A stretch of 64,000 nucleotides of DNA from an uncultured Spirochaetaceae bacterium (GCA_944389505.1 CALXMP010000010.1:4267-68266); one strand, 5' to 3'. Counted from the first letter of the stretch, positions 8,584 through 18,279 are shown. Notes: generated by a model from the letters alone, not told the origin. Translations and numbers: made by a program.

Positions 8584-9351
8584 TCATCGGTAACAGAAGA
8601 AGCTTCTCAATGCCATAAGGGCATCTTTTCTGTTTCCATCGACTGTCTCATAGGAGATATTCACATCATAGCCTTCATCCTTCAGAATGGATAATGCAGA
8701 GGAAACGTATTCAGAGAACCCATCTGAGGGCAATGCCCTTCCCTTCTCCGCTATATGGATGTGCTTTATATACGGAAGAGCTTTTTCAAGCACTCCCAGA
8801 TCCTCACCATTGTTCATCATGTGGAAGACATCGGCCATCAGCGAGAAAGACGGATGGGCGACATCCCTGACTAAATCATAGCCTTCCTTAACCGTGTTGA
8901 TGATATTGCACTCCCCATATGACAGTGGCTCGATGAGGATTTCACTGCCATTGGCATCTGCCATCGGAGCGATTATCTCTGAAATAAGATTGCACAGAAT
9001 ACTATATGCATCGAAAAAGGACATAGTATCAGGATAGGTTCTTGCCTTGCCGCTGCCGAAGACAATGTATCTGACACCGAGTCTGGAAGCGCGGGGAAGC
9101 ATCTTCGAAAGATACTCCACAATAGGCTTTCTATCAGAGAAAAGAGAGAGCCTGCCAGGGAAAAGATTGCACATCACAGGCGCAGAGAACCAGGAGGATA
9201 GCAACTCGATATCGCCATCCCCGAGGTTCTCTAGAGATATCAGCGGAAGTTCCGCATAGTCATAGCCGGAATCCGCGATGCCCCGTATAAGCTCAGGGCT
9301 TAATGCAAAGAGCGGGGATGTCGCGAATCCGGTACAGAAGCCATACCTCAC
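8584..9351 (-). CDS. Sugar phosphate isomerase/epimerase (xylose-isomerase-like TIM barrel)
   Basis: Typical family layout (YDYAELP..., HIHIAEKGR metal-site region). GTG start overlaps the upstream stop (GTGA). Confidence 0.8.
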   Translation of the reverse strand: MRYGFCTGFATSPLFALSPELIRGIADSGYDYAELPLISLENLGDGDIELLSSWFSAPVMCNLFPGRLSLFSDRKPIVEYLSKMLPRASRLGVRYIVFGSGKARTYPDTMSFFDAYSILCNLISEIIAPMADANGSEILIEPLSYGECNIINTVKEGYDLVRDVAHPSFSLMADVFHMMNNGEDLGVLEKALPYIKHIHIAEKGRALPSDGFSEYVSSALSILKDEGYDVNISYETVDGNRKDALMALRSFFCYR

Positions 9352-10397
9352 AGCTTTACTGTCTTTCCTTCTCTGGAGCTTCTGTATACAGCCTCGATCA
9401 GCTCCACAGCCTTCCTGGCTTCAGTTCCTGTGATCTCCGGCTCTCTGCCAGTATCGAGAGCATCCATCACATCGGCAAAGACACGGGCATGACCATGGGC
9501 ACCGATAGCCTTCGGATCGGCAGCTCCGCCTCCGGTCGAAGTGAAATCGGAGTACTTTTCCCTTATCATGGCATCCTCTGGACGCTCATCCTTGAACTGC
9601 CAGAACTTGAGGCTTTCCTCCTCGATGATTGCAGAGCCTTCGCTGCCGCATATCTCAATGCGCTTCAGGAATCCAGGATACGCAGCGGTGGATCCTTCGA
9701 TTATCCCGATAGCACCGTTTGCGAATGAAAGCACGGCACCTGCGGTATCCTCCACCTCGATCCGCTCATGGGCAAGCGTCGCTGTGCGGGAAGAAACGTC
9801 AACGACATCGCCACCGAACCACCTGAGAAGATCGATAGCATGGATCCCCTGATTCATAAGAGCGCCGCCACCATCCATCTTCCATGTTCCATGCCAGCTT
9901 ATATCATCATAGTATGCCTGTGTGCGGAACCATTTGATCTGGGCATCGATAAGCGTTATCCGGCCGAACCTGCCCTCATCGATAGCCTTTCTCACAAGCC
10001 TTGGAGCATCATGGAAGCGTGACTGGAATACGCATGAAAGCATTACGCCATTATCCTTGGCAGTATTTATCAGCTGATCGCAGCGCTCCGTGGTTATCTC
10101 GATAGGCTTCTCGATGATTACAGCCTTCTTCCTTGCCTTTATGGCAGCAAGAGCAGGCTCCAGGTGGGCGCCCGACGGCGTTGTGACCGTAACGATGTCT
10201 ACATCGGGATCGGCAAGGAAGCTGTCGATATCATGATAGCTTTTAATGCCATACTCCGAAGCAAACGCATCTGAGCGCTCACCGCTGAGGTCATAGCATG
10301 CAGCAAGCCTGGCATTCTTCAAAGAAGTCACAGCAGCTGCATGGACCTTAGCGATCGATCCTGTGCCTATTATCCCGAAACCATACGTTCCAGCCAT
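9348..10397 (-). CDS. Gfo/Idh/MocA family NAD(P)-dependent oxidoreductase
   Basis: FGIIGTGSIAKVHAAAV Rossmann N-terminus and EKP motif (IIEKPI). Start overlaps the upstream stop (TAATG). Confidence 0.9.
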   Translation of the reverse strand: MAGTYGFGIIGTGSIAKVHAAAVTSLKNARLAACYDLSGERSDAFASEYGIKSYHDIDSFLADPDVDIVTVTTPSGAHLEPALAAIKARKKAVIIEKPIEITTERCDQLINTAKDNGVMLSCVFQSRFHDAPRLVRKAIDEGRFGRITLIDAQIKWFRTQAYYDDISWHGTWKMDGGGALMNQGIHAIDLLRWFGGDVVDVSSRTATLAHERIEVEDTAGAVLSFANGAIGIIEGSTAAYPGFLKRIEICGSEGSAIIEEESLKFWQFKDERPEDAMIREKYSDFTSTGGGAADPKAIGAHGHARVFADVMDALDTGREPEITGTEARKAVELIEAVYRSSREGKTVKL

Positions 10398-11485
10398 TAT
10401 CTTCCTCCTAATATCTCCGCCTTGCTGTCAGCCTCGATAGCGAGTCTCATGCTTTCAAGGACATGTTCCTCAGTCATAGCATTATCGGAACCATGAAGGC
10501 AATCGAGTATGAATTCACCAAAGAACGGGAAACCGATCCTGCCAGTGACCTGCTCATGGTATTCCCCTGTCCCATCGACTATGAAGACATGATCGCCAGA
10601 GCTGTCCTCAGCGACATTTATGTACTTTCTGATCTCAATAGTCCCTTTGGTACCGATGATGAATACCCTGCCATCACCCCATGCTCTAAGGCCATCCGGA
10701 GTGAACCAATCTACACGGACAAAGCATGAAGCGCCGCTGTCTGTCTCGATTACGGCCTCACCGAAATCCTGGAATCCAGGATGGTCCTTCGCGGATATAT
10801 TGCCTTTGGCGCTATACCGCACAGACGCTGTACGGGAACCTGTGTATGCTAGAAGCTGCTCGAACTGATGTGAACCGATATCACCAAGGATACCGCCATT
10901 CTTCTTCGGATCGAAGAACCAGTCAGGGCGGGTAGAGGCATTGAGACGATGGGGTGCCATGATATTTATCGCCACGACATTCCCGATACGGCCTTCCTTT
11001 ATAAGCTTCTCGGCATAGACAGCACCTTCAACATGGACACGCTCCCCGAAGTAGACCATGTACTTCTTTCCAGTACGCGCATGAGCGGATCTGACAGCCT
11101 CAAGCTCATCATAAGTCAGCATTCCCGGCTTATCGCAGAAATAGTGCTTCCCGTTCTCCATGACCTCGATTCCAAGCGATGCCCGCCTGTCCGGCCTGAT
11201 AGCGCTTGCAACGAGCTGGATCGAACTGTCGGAGAGGATGTCCTCCCTTGCCATGATCCTGCAGCCAGGATAGCGCTTCACGAAATCCTCAGCCTTCTTC
11301 TGGTCGTCATCATATACACCGGCTATCTCCGCCCCTGCTTCCAGCAATCCATTCGTCATAGCGAATATATGGCCATGATCAAGTCCAATCACTGAGAAGC
11401 GGAACTCCCCCGGTCCCACAGCCTTGGCTGCGGTTCCGGAGAATACCGGTGCATAGTTCATTCCATCCATCTTATCAGTCTGCAA
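10397..11485 (-). CDS. Gfo/Idh/MocA family oxidoreductase (second paralogue)
   Basis: FSVIGLDHGHI...AGVYDDD N-terminus and CDKPG motif. The start is uncertain (11485, 11470 or 11461). Confidence 0.85.
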   Translation of the reverse strand: MQTDKMDGMNYAPVFSGTAAKAVGPGEFRFSVIGLDHGHIFAMTNGLLEAGAEIAGVYDDDQKKAEDFVKRYPGCRIMAREDILSDSSIQLVASAIRPDRRASLGIEVMENGKHYFCDKPGMLTYDELEAVRSAHARTGKKYMVYFGERVHVEGAVYAEKLIKEGRIGNVVAINIMAPHRLNASTRPDWFFDPKKNGGILGDIGSHQFEQLLAYTGSRTASVRYSAKGNISAKDHPGFQDFGEAVIETDSGASCFVRVDWFTPDGLRAWGDGRVFIIGTKGTIEIRKYINVAEDSSGDHVFIVDGTGEYHEQVTGRIGFPFFGEFILDCLHGSDNAMTEEHVLESMRLAIEADSKAEILGGR

Positions 11486-12977
11486 TTCTCTTCCCCTTTA
11501 AGATCTTGAAAACTCCAAGCTGTGCAAGAATAAGGAAAATGATGAGAGCAAGGAAGAAAAGACAGATCGGACGCGTAAAGAGCGGAGCGAACGATCCATC
11601 GGAGAGCTTCAGAGCTCTTCTGAGGTTCGAATCAAGCATCGGACCAAGGATGACTCCAAGCAGGAATGGTGCTGGAGGGAACTTCATTGCTGTAAGAACA
11701 ACACCCAGAAGTCCGAATACGAACATGACCTTCACATCAAACAGATTGTAGTTGATGAGATACGAGCCAATCACGCAGAGCACATAGACAATCGGCATGA
11801 GATACTTCTTGTTGACTCCGAGTATGCGTACTGTTGCCTTCGAGAGAATGAGCGCGATAACCCACATCGTAATTGATGCAAGCGCAAGATATACACAGAC
11901 GTTGTAGAGGAACTCCGGAGACTCTGTCATGAGAAGCGGACCAGGGCGGTAGCCGTGCATCAGGAACGCAGCGAGAAGAACGGCCGCAGGTGCGGATCCA
12001 GGGACAGCCAGGGAGAGAACAGGTATGATTGCACCTCCGATACATGCATTGTTTCCAGTCTCTACAGCAATGACGCCATGAGGATTACCCTTTCCGAATG
12101 TATCCTTCTCTTCCTTAGGAGCAAGGCTTCTTGTTGCCCAGTATGAGAGCCAGCCTGCAGTATCCTCGCCTACGCCGGGGATGATACCTACGCCTACTCC
12201 GATGAAAGCGCTTCTAATTACTGTGAAGATCCTCTGCCCGATAAGCTTGAATCCTGTTTTAACTTCAAACTTCGATGCCTTGGTGACCTCCTCATCAGCC
12301 TGTCTCTTGAAGACTCTCACAATCTCTGGGAAACCAAAGAGTCCGATCATTACAGGGATGAGCTGTATGCCTGACATGAGGTTGACATTACCGTAGCTGA
12401 AGCGCGGGATCGTATCGACAGTATCGAGTCCGACCATAGCCACGATAAGACCAAGTATGCCGCTTATCCAGCCCTTGATAGGCTCTGCCTGGGCAGTGAT
12501 CGTACCGCAGATGAGGATTCCGAAGATCGAAAGGAGGAAGAACTCCCAGCTTGTGAACTTCAGCGCAAGCGATGTGAGAAGAGGTGTAAGCGTAAGAACG
12601 AATACGACGCTGAGAAGTGTACCGATGCAGCTTACAGTCGTTGCAAGGAAGATCGCAAGGCCACCCTTCCCCTGCACAGCCATCGGATGTCCATCAAGGG
12701 CAGTAGCTGCCGAAGCTGGTGTTCCCGGGATGTTCAGGAGGATAGCAGACTGGCATCCTCCGGAAATCGATCCGACATAGATCGAAAGGAGGGACAGAAT
12801 AGCTGTCTGTGTAGGGAAGTTATATGTTAATCCAGTCAGCAGCGCGATAGCCATCGTCGCTGAAAGTCCCGGAAGAACACCCATTACAAGTCCTACCAGC
12901 GTGGATAGGAACATAACAAGTATATTGAACGGCTGCAGAGCCGTCATAAAGGCAATGCCTATATATTCCAAAGCCAT
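11475..12977 (-). CDS. tctA: Tripartite tricarboxylate transporter, large permease
   Basis: 500-aa polytopic membrane protein with a typical TctA N-terminus (GVLPGLSATMAIALL). Confidence 0.9.
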   Translation of the reverse strand: MALEYIGIAFMTALQPFNILVMFLSTLVGLVMGVLPGLSATMAIALLTGLTYNFPTQTAILSLLSIYVGSISGGCQSAILLNIPGTPASAATALDGHPMAVQGKGGLAIFLATTVSCIGTLLSVVFVLTLTPLLTSLALKFTSWEFFLLSIFGILICGTITAQAEPIKGWISGILGLIVAMVGLDTVDTIPRFSYGNVNLMSGIQLIPVMIGLFGFPEIVRVFKRQADEEVTKASKFEVKTGFKLIGQRIFTVIRSAFIGVGVGIIPGVGEDTAGWLSYWATRSLAPKEEKDTFGKGNPHGVIAVETGNNACIGGAIIPVLSLAVPGSAPAAVLLAAFLMHGYRPGPLLMTESPEFLYNVCVYLALASITMWVIALILSKATVRILGVNKKYLMPIVYVLCVIGSYLINYNLFDVKVMFVFGLLGVVLTAMKFPPAPFLLGVILGPMLDSNLRRALKLSDGSFAPLFTRPICLFFLALIIFLILAQLGVFKILKGKRIAD

Positions 12978-12994
12978 TTATCCAATCCTCCTTA

Positions 12995-13507
12995 TCATGG
13001 CAGTGCGGCGTTGAAGCAGTACTGGAAGACGATTACGATTGCTATTACCCCAACTACTGCAACGATGAGATTCTTCCACCACTTATCGGCGCGGAGGTAG
13101 CAGAACAGCGCGATAAGGAAAATCATGGAAGCTGCCCAGAACGGGAGAAGCTCCATAAGGACATATGTATAGATGCCCATGATGATCACAGCACCGATCG
13201 TGAATGCGATATCCATATTCTTCGAATTCGCCTTAACCCACGAAGCGAACTCGCTCCAGCGCATCTTAAGAACCTCTGCCCTGCCCTTGCCTTCTTCTTT
13301 GAGGCACTGGAAGAGGAACAGCGTACTGAAGATGATCAATGCGATTCCGATTATGAACGGAATGAACCCCGGAGAGATTGAGAATGTAGTTATGAAATAC
13401 GGTGCGCTGGCAGCTCTCAGGTAGATCCTGAAACCCTCTATTGCAACATATATGCCCGTAATTACCAGCGCAAATGAGAATACCATCTCTTTTGTCTTGC
13501 TTTCCAT
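12995..13507 (-). CDS. tctB: Tripartite tricarboxylate transporter, small membrane subunit
   Basis: 170 aa, four predicted transmembrane segments, positioned between tctC and tctA. Confidence 0.7.
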   Translation of the reverse strand: MESKTKEMVFSFALVITGIYVAIEGFRIYLRAASAPYFITTFSISPGFIPFIIGIALIIFSTLFLFQCLKEEGKGRAEVLKMRWSEFASWVKANSKNMDIAFTIGAVIIMGIYTYVLMELLPFWAASMIFLIALFCYLRADKWWKNLIVAVVGVIAIVIVFQYCFNAALP

Positions 13508-13559
13508 ATACCTGACCTTGTTTATGGAGTCCCCCGGAAGGAGGACCCCGGATTAATGA

Positions 13560-14570
13560 TTACAGTCTTTCGATGCCGAATTCTGCCGGATCGATAGGTG
13601 CAGCGCCTGCATCATAGAGAATGTAGCAGACCTTTGATGCGAATTCCTCGAGATAAGCCTGGCTGTCAGCTCTGCCGACAGGTGTGACCTCGAAGCTTCT
13701 GGAATCACAGAAGTCAAGGAATGCCTGATCCTGGATAGCGACTTCGAAAGCATGATCAAGCTTCTGGAGAGCAGCCTCATCAAGTCCCTTCGGGATGAGG
13801 ATACCTGTAACCTCTCCCATCGGAAGCAGCGGTGCAACCTCAGGATAGAACTCCTTTATCGATGGAATCGTGATTCCCTCTGCGATTGTGATAGGCTCAT
13901 CAGAGAGTGTGCAGAGAGCCTTTACATCGCCAGAGATGATAGCATCCTTATACTCAGCAAGAAGCTGCGGGCAGAAATCAACCTCACCGGAAAGCGTTGC
14001 GGTGAATGCCGGGCCGCCGCCTGCGTATGTGATGTGCTTGTAGTCAACGCCAGCAACCTGCTTGATGATCTCAGCGCCGAAGTGTCCGCCAGAACCAATT
14101 CCAGCTGTTCCTGCTGTGATCTGTCCCGGATTTGCCCTCATCGCTTCAATAAGATCTGTGATTGTATTGTATGGGGAATCCTTTGGAACAACAATTACAT
14201 TTGGAGCATATGTTGCAATCCATGCATCCCAATCACGGAACGTCTTATCTGTATAACCATTGATAGGCATAGTAACAAACGCGAGCATACCGTTTGCAAG
14301 GAGCGAATAGCCATCGACCTTGGCATTCTGGACATTCAGGGTACCTGCGCTGCCACCAGCACCGGCTGTGTTGACGATATTGATCGTTACTCCAAGATCC
14401 TTGCCCATAGCATTAGCAAGCGCTCTTGCTGTAAGATCGGTCGTTCCGCCGGCTCCGTATGGAACAGTCATGTTGATGTTCTTGTTCGGATATGCTTCCT
14501 GCTGCCCCTGAGCGAATACAACAGAAGAGACAACAACGAGAACAAGCAGAATCGATAATGCTTTCTTCAT
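13560..14570 (-). CDS. tctC: Tripartite tricarboxylate transporter substrate-binding protein (Bug family)
   Basis: ATG at 14570 after GAAGGAGGAAGG gives signal peptide MKKALSILLVLVVVSSVVFAQG. PYGAGGTTDLTARALA motif. Confidence 0.9.
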   Translation of the reverse strand: MKKALSILLVLVVVSSVVFAQGQQEAYPNKNINMTVPYGAGGTTDLTARALANAMGKDLGVTINIVNTAGAGGSAGTLNVQNAKVDGYSLLANGMLAFVTMPINGYTDKTFRDWDAWIATYAPNVIVVPKDSPYNTITDLIEAMRANPGQITAGTAGIGSGGHFGAEIIKQVAGVDYKHITYAGGGPAFTATLSGEVDFCPQLLAEYKDAIISGDVKALCTLSDEPITIAEGITIPSIKEFYPEVAPLLPMGEVTGILIPKGLDEAALQKLDHAFEVAIQDQAFLDFCDSRSFEVTPVGRADSQAYLEEFASKVCYILYDAGAAPIDPAEFGIERL

Positions 14571-14583
14571 TATCCTTCCTCCT

Positions 14584-15588
14584 TCATATTTTCCTGACTG
14601 AGGATCCTTCGATAAGGACACAGTCTTGGATTACCCTATTTGGCTCTGCAGAGCCCTTCTTTATCAGATCGAGAAGGAGACTTGCTGCTTTCCTTCCAAG
14701 CTCAAGCTCCTCCATATCGAGACGGGAGAAATCATTGCTGCCGGTATAGGCCCACTCCGGAGAGCCGATAAGCATCACCGAGATATCCTCGCCAATCCTC
14801 AGCCCCCGTTTTCTGAAGACATTCACACCGCCCTTTGCCTGAATATTGAAGCCATAGAAGACCGCTGTGGCATCGGGGTGATCATCAAGAGCCTTCTCCG
14901 TTTCAGCGAATCCTGATTCAGGAGAGAATTCTGCATAATATGAGTAGATTTCGGCATCGGGCGCAGAAGCATCGCGAAGCCCGGTCTCTCTTGACTCAAG
15001 ATCGGCAATACCGGACTTCCAGCCGATGTAGATGATCTTCCTATGTCCGCAGCCCCTGAGGTATCGTCCGCCCTCAAATCCGCATCCATAGTTATTGGTA
15101 GTCACCCAATGATAGCCCTCAAGCCCTTCAAGAGGTCTGTCGACAACAACCATATTCATGCCGACATCGCGGGCAATCCGGGTATTCTCAGCTCCATCTA
15201 CAGTCGGTGTGATGATTATCCCATCCACTCTCTGGGAAAGAAGCCTGTGGATAATCGCCTTCTCGCGCTCAGGTTCATCGAATGTATCGCAGATGATCAG
15301 ATCGTAGCCATGCTGTACGAAGACCTCCTCCGCAGCAAGACATATTCTCGTAAAGAACTGGTTCTCGAACTGCGGGATGAGTATGCCGATAAGCTTCCTG
15401 TCCATTCCCTTGAGGGAAGATGCTCCGTTGCACTTTATGTAGTTGAGCTCTGATGCCGCCAGCAGCACTCTCTGCCTCAGTTCATCGCTTATGTAACGCC
15501 CTTTCTTATTGTTGAGAACATAGCTGACAGTACCGACCGTTGTACCGGCCTTCTCTGCTACATCCTTCAGCGTCACAAAACGGGACAT
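14584..15588 (-). CDS. LacI-family transcriptional regulator
   Basis: ATG at 15588 after AAGGAGG gives MSRFVTLKDVAEKAGTTVGTVSYVLNN (HTH), followed by a periplasmic-binding-like sugar domain. Confidence 0.9.
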   Translation of the reverse strand: MSRFVTLKDVAEKAGTTVGTVSYVLNNKKGRYISDELRQRVLLAASELNYIKCNGASSLKGMDRKLIGILIPQFENQFFTRICLAAEEVFVQHGYDLIICDTFDEPEREKAIIHRLLSQRVDGIIITPTVDGAENTRIARDVGMNMVVVDRPLEGLEGYHWVTTNNYGCGFEGGRYLRGCGHRKIIYIGWKSGIADLESRETGLRDASAPDAEIYSYYAEFSPESGFAETEKALDDHPDATAVFYGFNIQAKGGVNVFRKRGLRIGEDISVMLIGSPEWAYTGSNDFSRLDMEELELGRKAASLLLDLIKKGSAEPNRVIQDCVLIEGSSVRKI

Positions 15589-15603
15589 CAGAACCTCCTT
15601 ACG

Positions 15604-15623
15604 ATATGCAAACGTTTGCATAT
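15604..15623. promoter_or_regulatory. Perfect 20-bp palindromic LacI-type operator
   Basis: ATATGCAAACGTTTGCATAT with a central CG, located 16 nt upstream of the lacI-family ATG. Confidence 0.7.
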
Positions 15624-15648
15624 ATCTCCAAAAAAGAGAAAGAAAGAC

Positions 15649-15665
15649 ATGCAAACGTTTCTCAT
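15649..15665. promoter_or_regulatory. Second, imperfect copy of the operator
   Basis: ATGCAAACGTTTCTCAT shares the 12-nt string ATGCAAACGTTT with the perfect palindrome. It lies just downstream of the predicted -10 box. Confidence 0.45.
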
Positions 15666-15681
15666 ATCCTTCTTACCTCTC

Positions 15682-15710
15682 ATATAACCACGAGAATGCC
15701 GTGCTGTCAA
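15682..15710 (-). promoter_or_regulatory. Sigma70-like promoter of the lacI-tctCBA-oxidoreductase operon
   Basis: Minus strand: TTGACA (15705-15710), a 17-nt spacer, then TTATAT (15682-15687). Confidence 0.55.
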
Positions 15711-15756
15711 TAAAAATTTATCGGATGAACAAATTCCGCTGTGCTATCATCAGAGC

Positions 15757-16533
15757 ATGAAATATACGAAAGCGAACAGCAGGGCATGGGACTGGGAAGC
15801 AGAGCATGGGAGCGGCTGGGCACGGATTGTCGGGAAGGAGAAGATAGAGAAGGCCAAGGCAGGCCATCCTGAGATCTGCATAACCGTGAACAAGCTTGTT
15901 CCGGAAAAATGGCTTCTGCCTCTCAGAGGCGGTCATGTGCTGTCTCTTGGCGGAGGCGGCGGCCAGCAGACACCTACGCTTGCGGCTTTTGGCTGCATCA
16001 CAGAATCTGCAGATATAAGCAAGGTCATGATTGACCGTGACAACGAAGCTCTGAGAATGTATGGACTCAATGCGAAGACGCATATCATGGATATGAATGA
16101 TCTCTCTGCGTTCCCCGAGCGCTCATTCGATGGGGTTATCTGCCCTGTATCGATGAATTTCGTTGAGGATATTGCAAAGGTATATAGGGAGGTGGCGAGG
16201 ATACTCAGACCTGACGGCGCTTTCATATTCGGCATCGCAAACCCTGCCTTGTATATCTTCGACGATGAGAAGCTTGCAGAAGGCAAGATGAAAGTGAAGT
16301 ATACTCTCCCCTTCTCCGACCCGATAAGCTTGTCGAAAAAGGAGCTGAAGAAACGTCTGAAGAATAATGATACAATCGAATATTCCCATACACTTGAAAG
16401 GATTATCGGAGGGCTTACAGATAACGGATTCATTGTATCGGGATTCTACTCCGACGGTTCGGACTTTGAGCCGATAGATTCATTCCTCCAGGACTGCTAC
16501 CTCGCCTTCCGCGCTATCCGTATCGATGACTGA
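15757..16533 (+). CDS. Class I SAM-dependent methyltransferase
   Basis: VLSLGGGGGQQ glycine-rich SAM motif and FDGVICPVSMNF post-I/II motifs. Confidence 0.85.
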   Translation: MKYTKANSRAWDWEAEHGSGWARIVGKEKIEKAKAGHPEICITVNKLVPEKWLLPLRGGHVLSLGGGGGQQTPTLAAFGCITESADISKVMIDRDNEALRMYGLNAKTHIMDMNDLSAFPERSFDGVICPVSMNFVEDIAKVYREVARILRPDGAFIFGIANPALYIFDDEKLAEGKMKVKYTLPFSDPISLSKKELKKRLKNNDTIEYSHTLERIIGGLTDNGFIVSGFYSDGSDFEPIDSFLQDCYLAFRAIRIDD

Positions 16534-17520
16534 GAGATCATCAGTAAGGACAACGGCACGGATGCCATAAGCTCTGGCAAGGTCGTAGACAGAATCGCTG
16601 CCAGAGGCGAAGATGGTGGTTGAGAGCATATCGGCAAGCGTCCCGTCAGGGGAGATGACCGTCGCTGAGATGATGTCTGTCTCCGCAGGGTAGCCTGTCT
16701 CGGATGAGAGGATATGATGGTAAATCACCCCATCTTCCTCTATATACCGCTGATACCCCCCGCTTGTAACGATTGCAGTGTCCTCTGCCTCAATGAGCAT
16801 GAAGTACGAGCCTGATTCTGCCCCAGGTCTCTGTATGCCTATCTTCCAGGGCTTTCCATTGTTATCCCCCATCACAACGATATTCCCACCCAGGTTTATA
16901 AGGGCATTCTCAACACCTTCTGAGGAGAGGTAATCGCGCACAAGATCGGAGGCCCAGCCCTTTCCCACAGCCCCTAGGTCCAGCGACATTCCCTTCTCTG
17001 GAAGGTAGACAGTACGGGCATTATCATCGAGGACGGCCTTGCGGTAATCAAGGAGGAGAAGCACTGCCATTATCTCCTCATCATCGGGAACCCTTGCATC
17101 CTCTGTACCCATTCCCCAGAGCGATGACAGCGGTCCGATCATCGGATTGAAGACACCATTGGTTGCATATGCCATATCGAATGAACGCTTTATCAATGTG
17201 TAGATATCATCGGGAACGGCAACGGGCTGTATGCCCGCATTCTCATTGATTTCCCAGATCCATGATCCCTCTGTGAACCGTGATATCGCTCTATCTGCAT
17301 CATAGATGACGTCGAATGCACCGGAAAGGACATCCTCATCCCCTGCAACCCTGATATACACAGCAGTTCCGAGCGCAATCCGCGAATCAGATACAAAGCG
17401 CTGGGAGCATGAGGCAAGAAGAAAGACCAGAACTAGCATATTCACGATTAGGCCGAGCTTTGCTAGAATCCTGGTATGTACTCCATCATTCTCACGGATA
17501 TCGACGGAACGCTTCTTCAT
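16480..17520 (-). CDS. apbE: FAD:protein FMN transferase (ApbE family) lipoprotein
   Basis: LLASC lipobox and LGAVGKGWASD motif. Start is either 17520 (GAGG upstream) or 17439. Confidence 0.85.
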   Translation of the reverse strand: MKKRSVDIRENDGVHTRILAKLGLIVNMLVLVFLLASCSQRFVSDSRIALGTAVYIRVAGDEDVLSGAFDVIYDADRAISRFTEGSWIWEINENAGIQPVAVPDDIYTLIKRSFDMAYATNGVFNPMIGPLSSLWGMGTEDARVPDDEEIMAVLLLLDYRKAVLDDNARTVYLPEKGMSLDLGAVGKGWASDLVRDYLSSEGVENALINLGGNIVVMGDNNGKPWKIGIQRPGAESGSYFMLIEAEDTAIVTSGGYQRYIEEDGVIYHHILSSETGYPAETDIISATVISPDGTLADMLSTTIFASGSDSVYDLARAYGIRAVVLTDDLSVIDTDSAEGEVAVLEE

Positions 17521-18279
17521 GATGACCTCACAATCGGAAAAGATACCATTTCAGCGCTTGCAAGGGCAACAGAGAAAGGTCTTCTGACAGCCCTCTGCTC
17601 CGGCCGCTATATGAAATCATTGGATGCGATTGAGAGGATGACAGGGCTGAAGATGATGAAGATAGCATTCAATGGTGCGCTGATTGAGCATAACGGGAAG
17701 CTCATCAGGGATGTGAGGCTATCGAGAGAGGCATTCATAAAAGCGATAGAGTTCCTGAAGGGAAAGGCGTCCGCGCTGATTGCTTTCACGCCAGACAGCT
17801 ATGCAATCATGGCCGATGATTTCTGGCTTGAGGAGCAGGACAGGATACTCGGAGAACCAGGGATTGCGATGGATCTATCCGATTACGATGAAGTTGCGAG
17901 AGCAGCTGGCAGCGTTCCATGCAAGCTGCTTGCGAAGGATAACGATACAGCGAAAATCAGAAAGCTGCGCGATGAACTTATCAATATTCTTGGAAATGAG
18001 GCTGAGGTATTCAGCTCCTACCCTAACAATATCGAAATAATCCCGAAAAACATCGACAAAGGCACTGCCCTTGAAGCCGTATCGGAGCTTCTTTCAATCC
18101 CGCTTTCGGAGATGATTGCCTTCGGGGACTGGGACAATGACATAGGGATGCTGAGGACTGCAGGCATGGGAGTATGCATGGCAAACGGCTCGGAAGGAGC
18201 CAAACGCGCTGCCAACATGATAACAGCATCAAACAACGATGATGGTATCGACAAGGCCCTTAAGAAACTCGGGATATAA
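17476..18279 (+). CDS. Cof-type HAD-IIB phosphatase
   Basis: LTDIDGTLL (motif I) and GDWDNDIGML (motif IV). Confidence 0.9.
   Translation: MYSIILTDIDGTLLHDDLTIGKDTISALARATEKGLLTALCSGRYMKSLDAIERMTGLKMMKIAFNGALIEHNGKLIRDVRLSREAFIKAIEFLKGKASALIAFTPDSYAIMADDFWLEEQDRILGEPGIAMDLSDYDEVARAAGSVPCKLLAKDNDTAKIRKLRDELINILGNEAEVFSSYPNNIEIIPKNIDKGTALEAVSELLSIPLSEMIAFGDWDNDIGMLRTAGMGVCMANGSEGAKRAANMITASNNDDGIDKALKKLGI

Noticed and set aside
11624-11633. GGTTCGAATC, a tRNA T-arm-like decamer.
   Set aside because: It lies inside the tctA coding region. No acceptor, anticodon or D arms can be folded around it.
13508-13559. CCCCGG...CCCCGG direct repeat between tctC and tctB as a regulatory element.
   Set aside because: It is short, and only weak 4-5 bp pairings are possible. 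It is probably just an intercistronic spacer containing the tctB ribosome-binding region.
13752-14558. 268-aa ORF antisense to tctC.
   Set aside because: It is a Cys/Arg-rich shadow ORF opposite a gene with a clear Bug-family motif and signal peptide.
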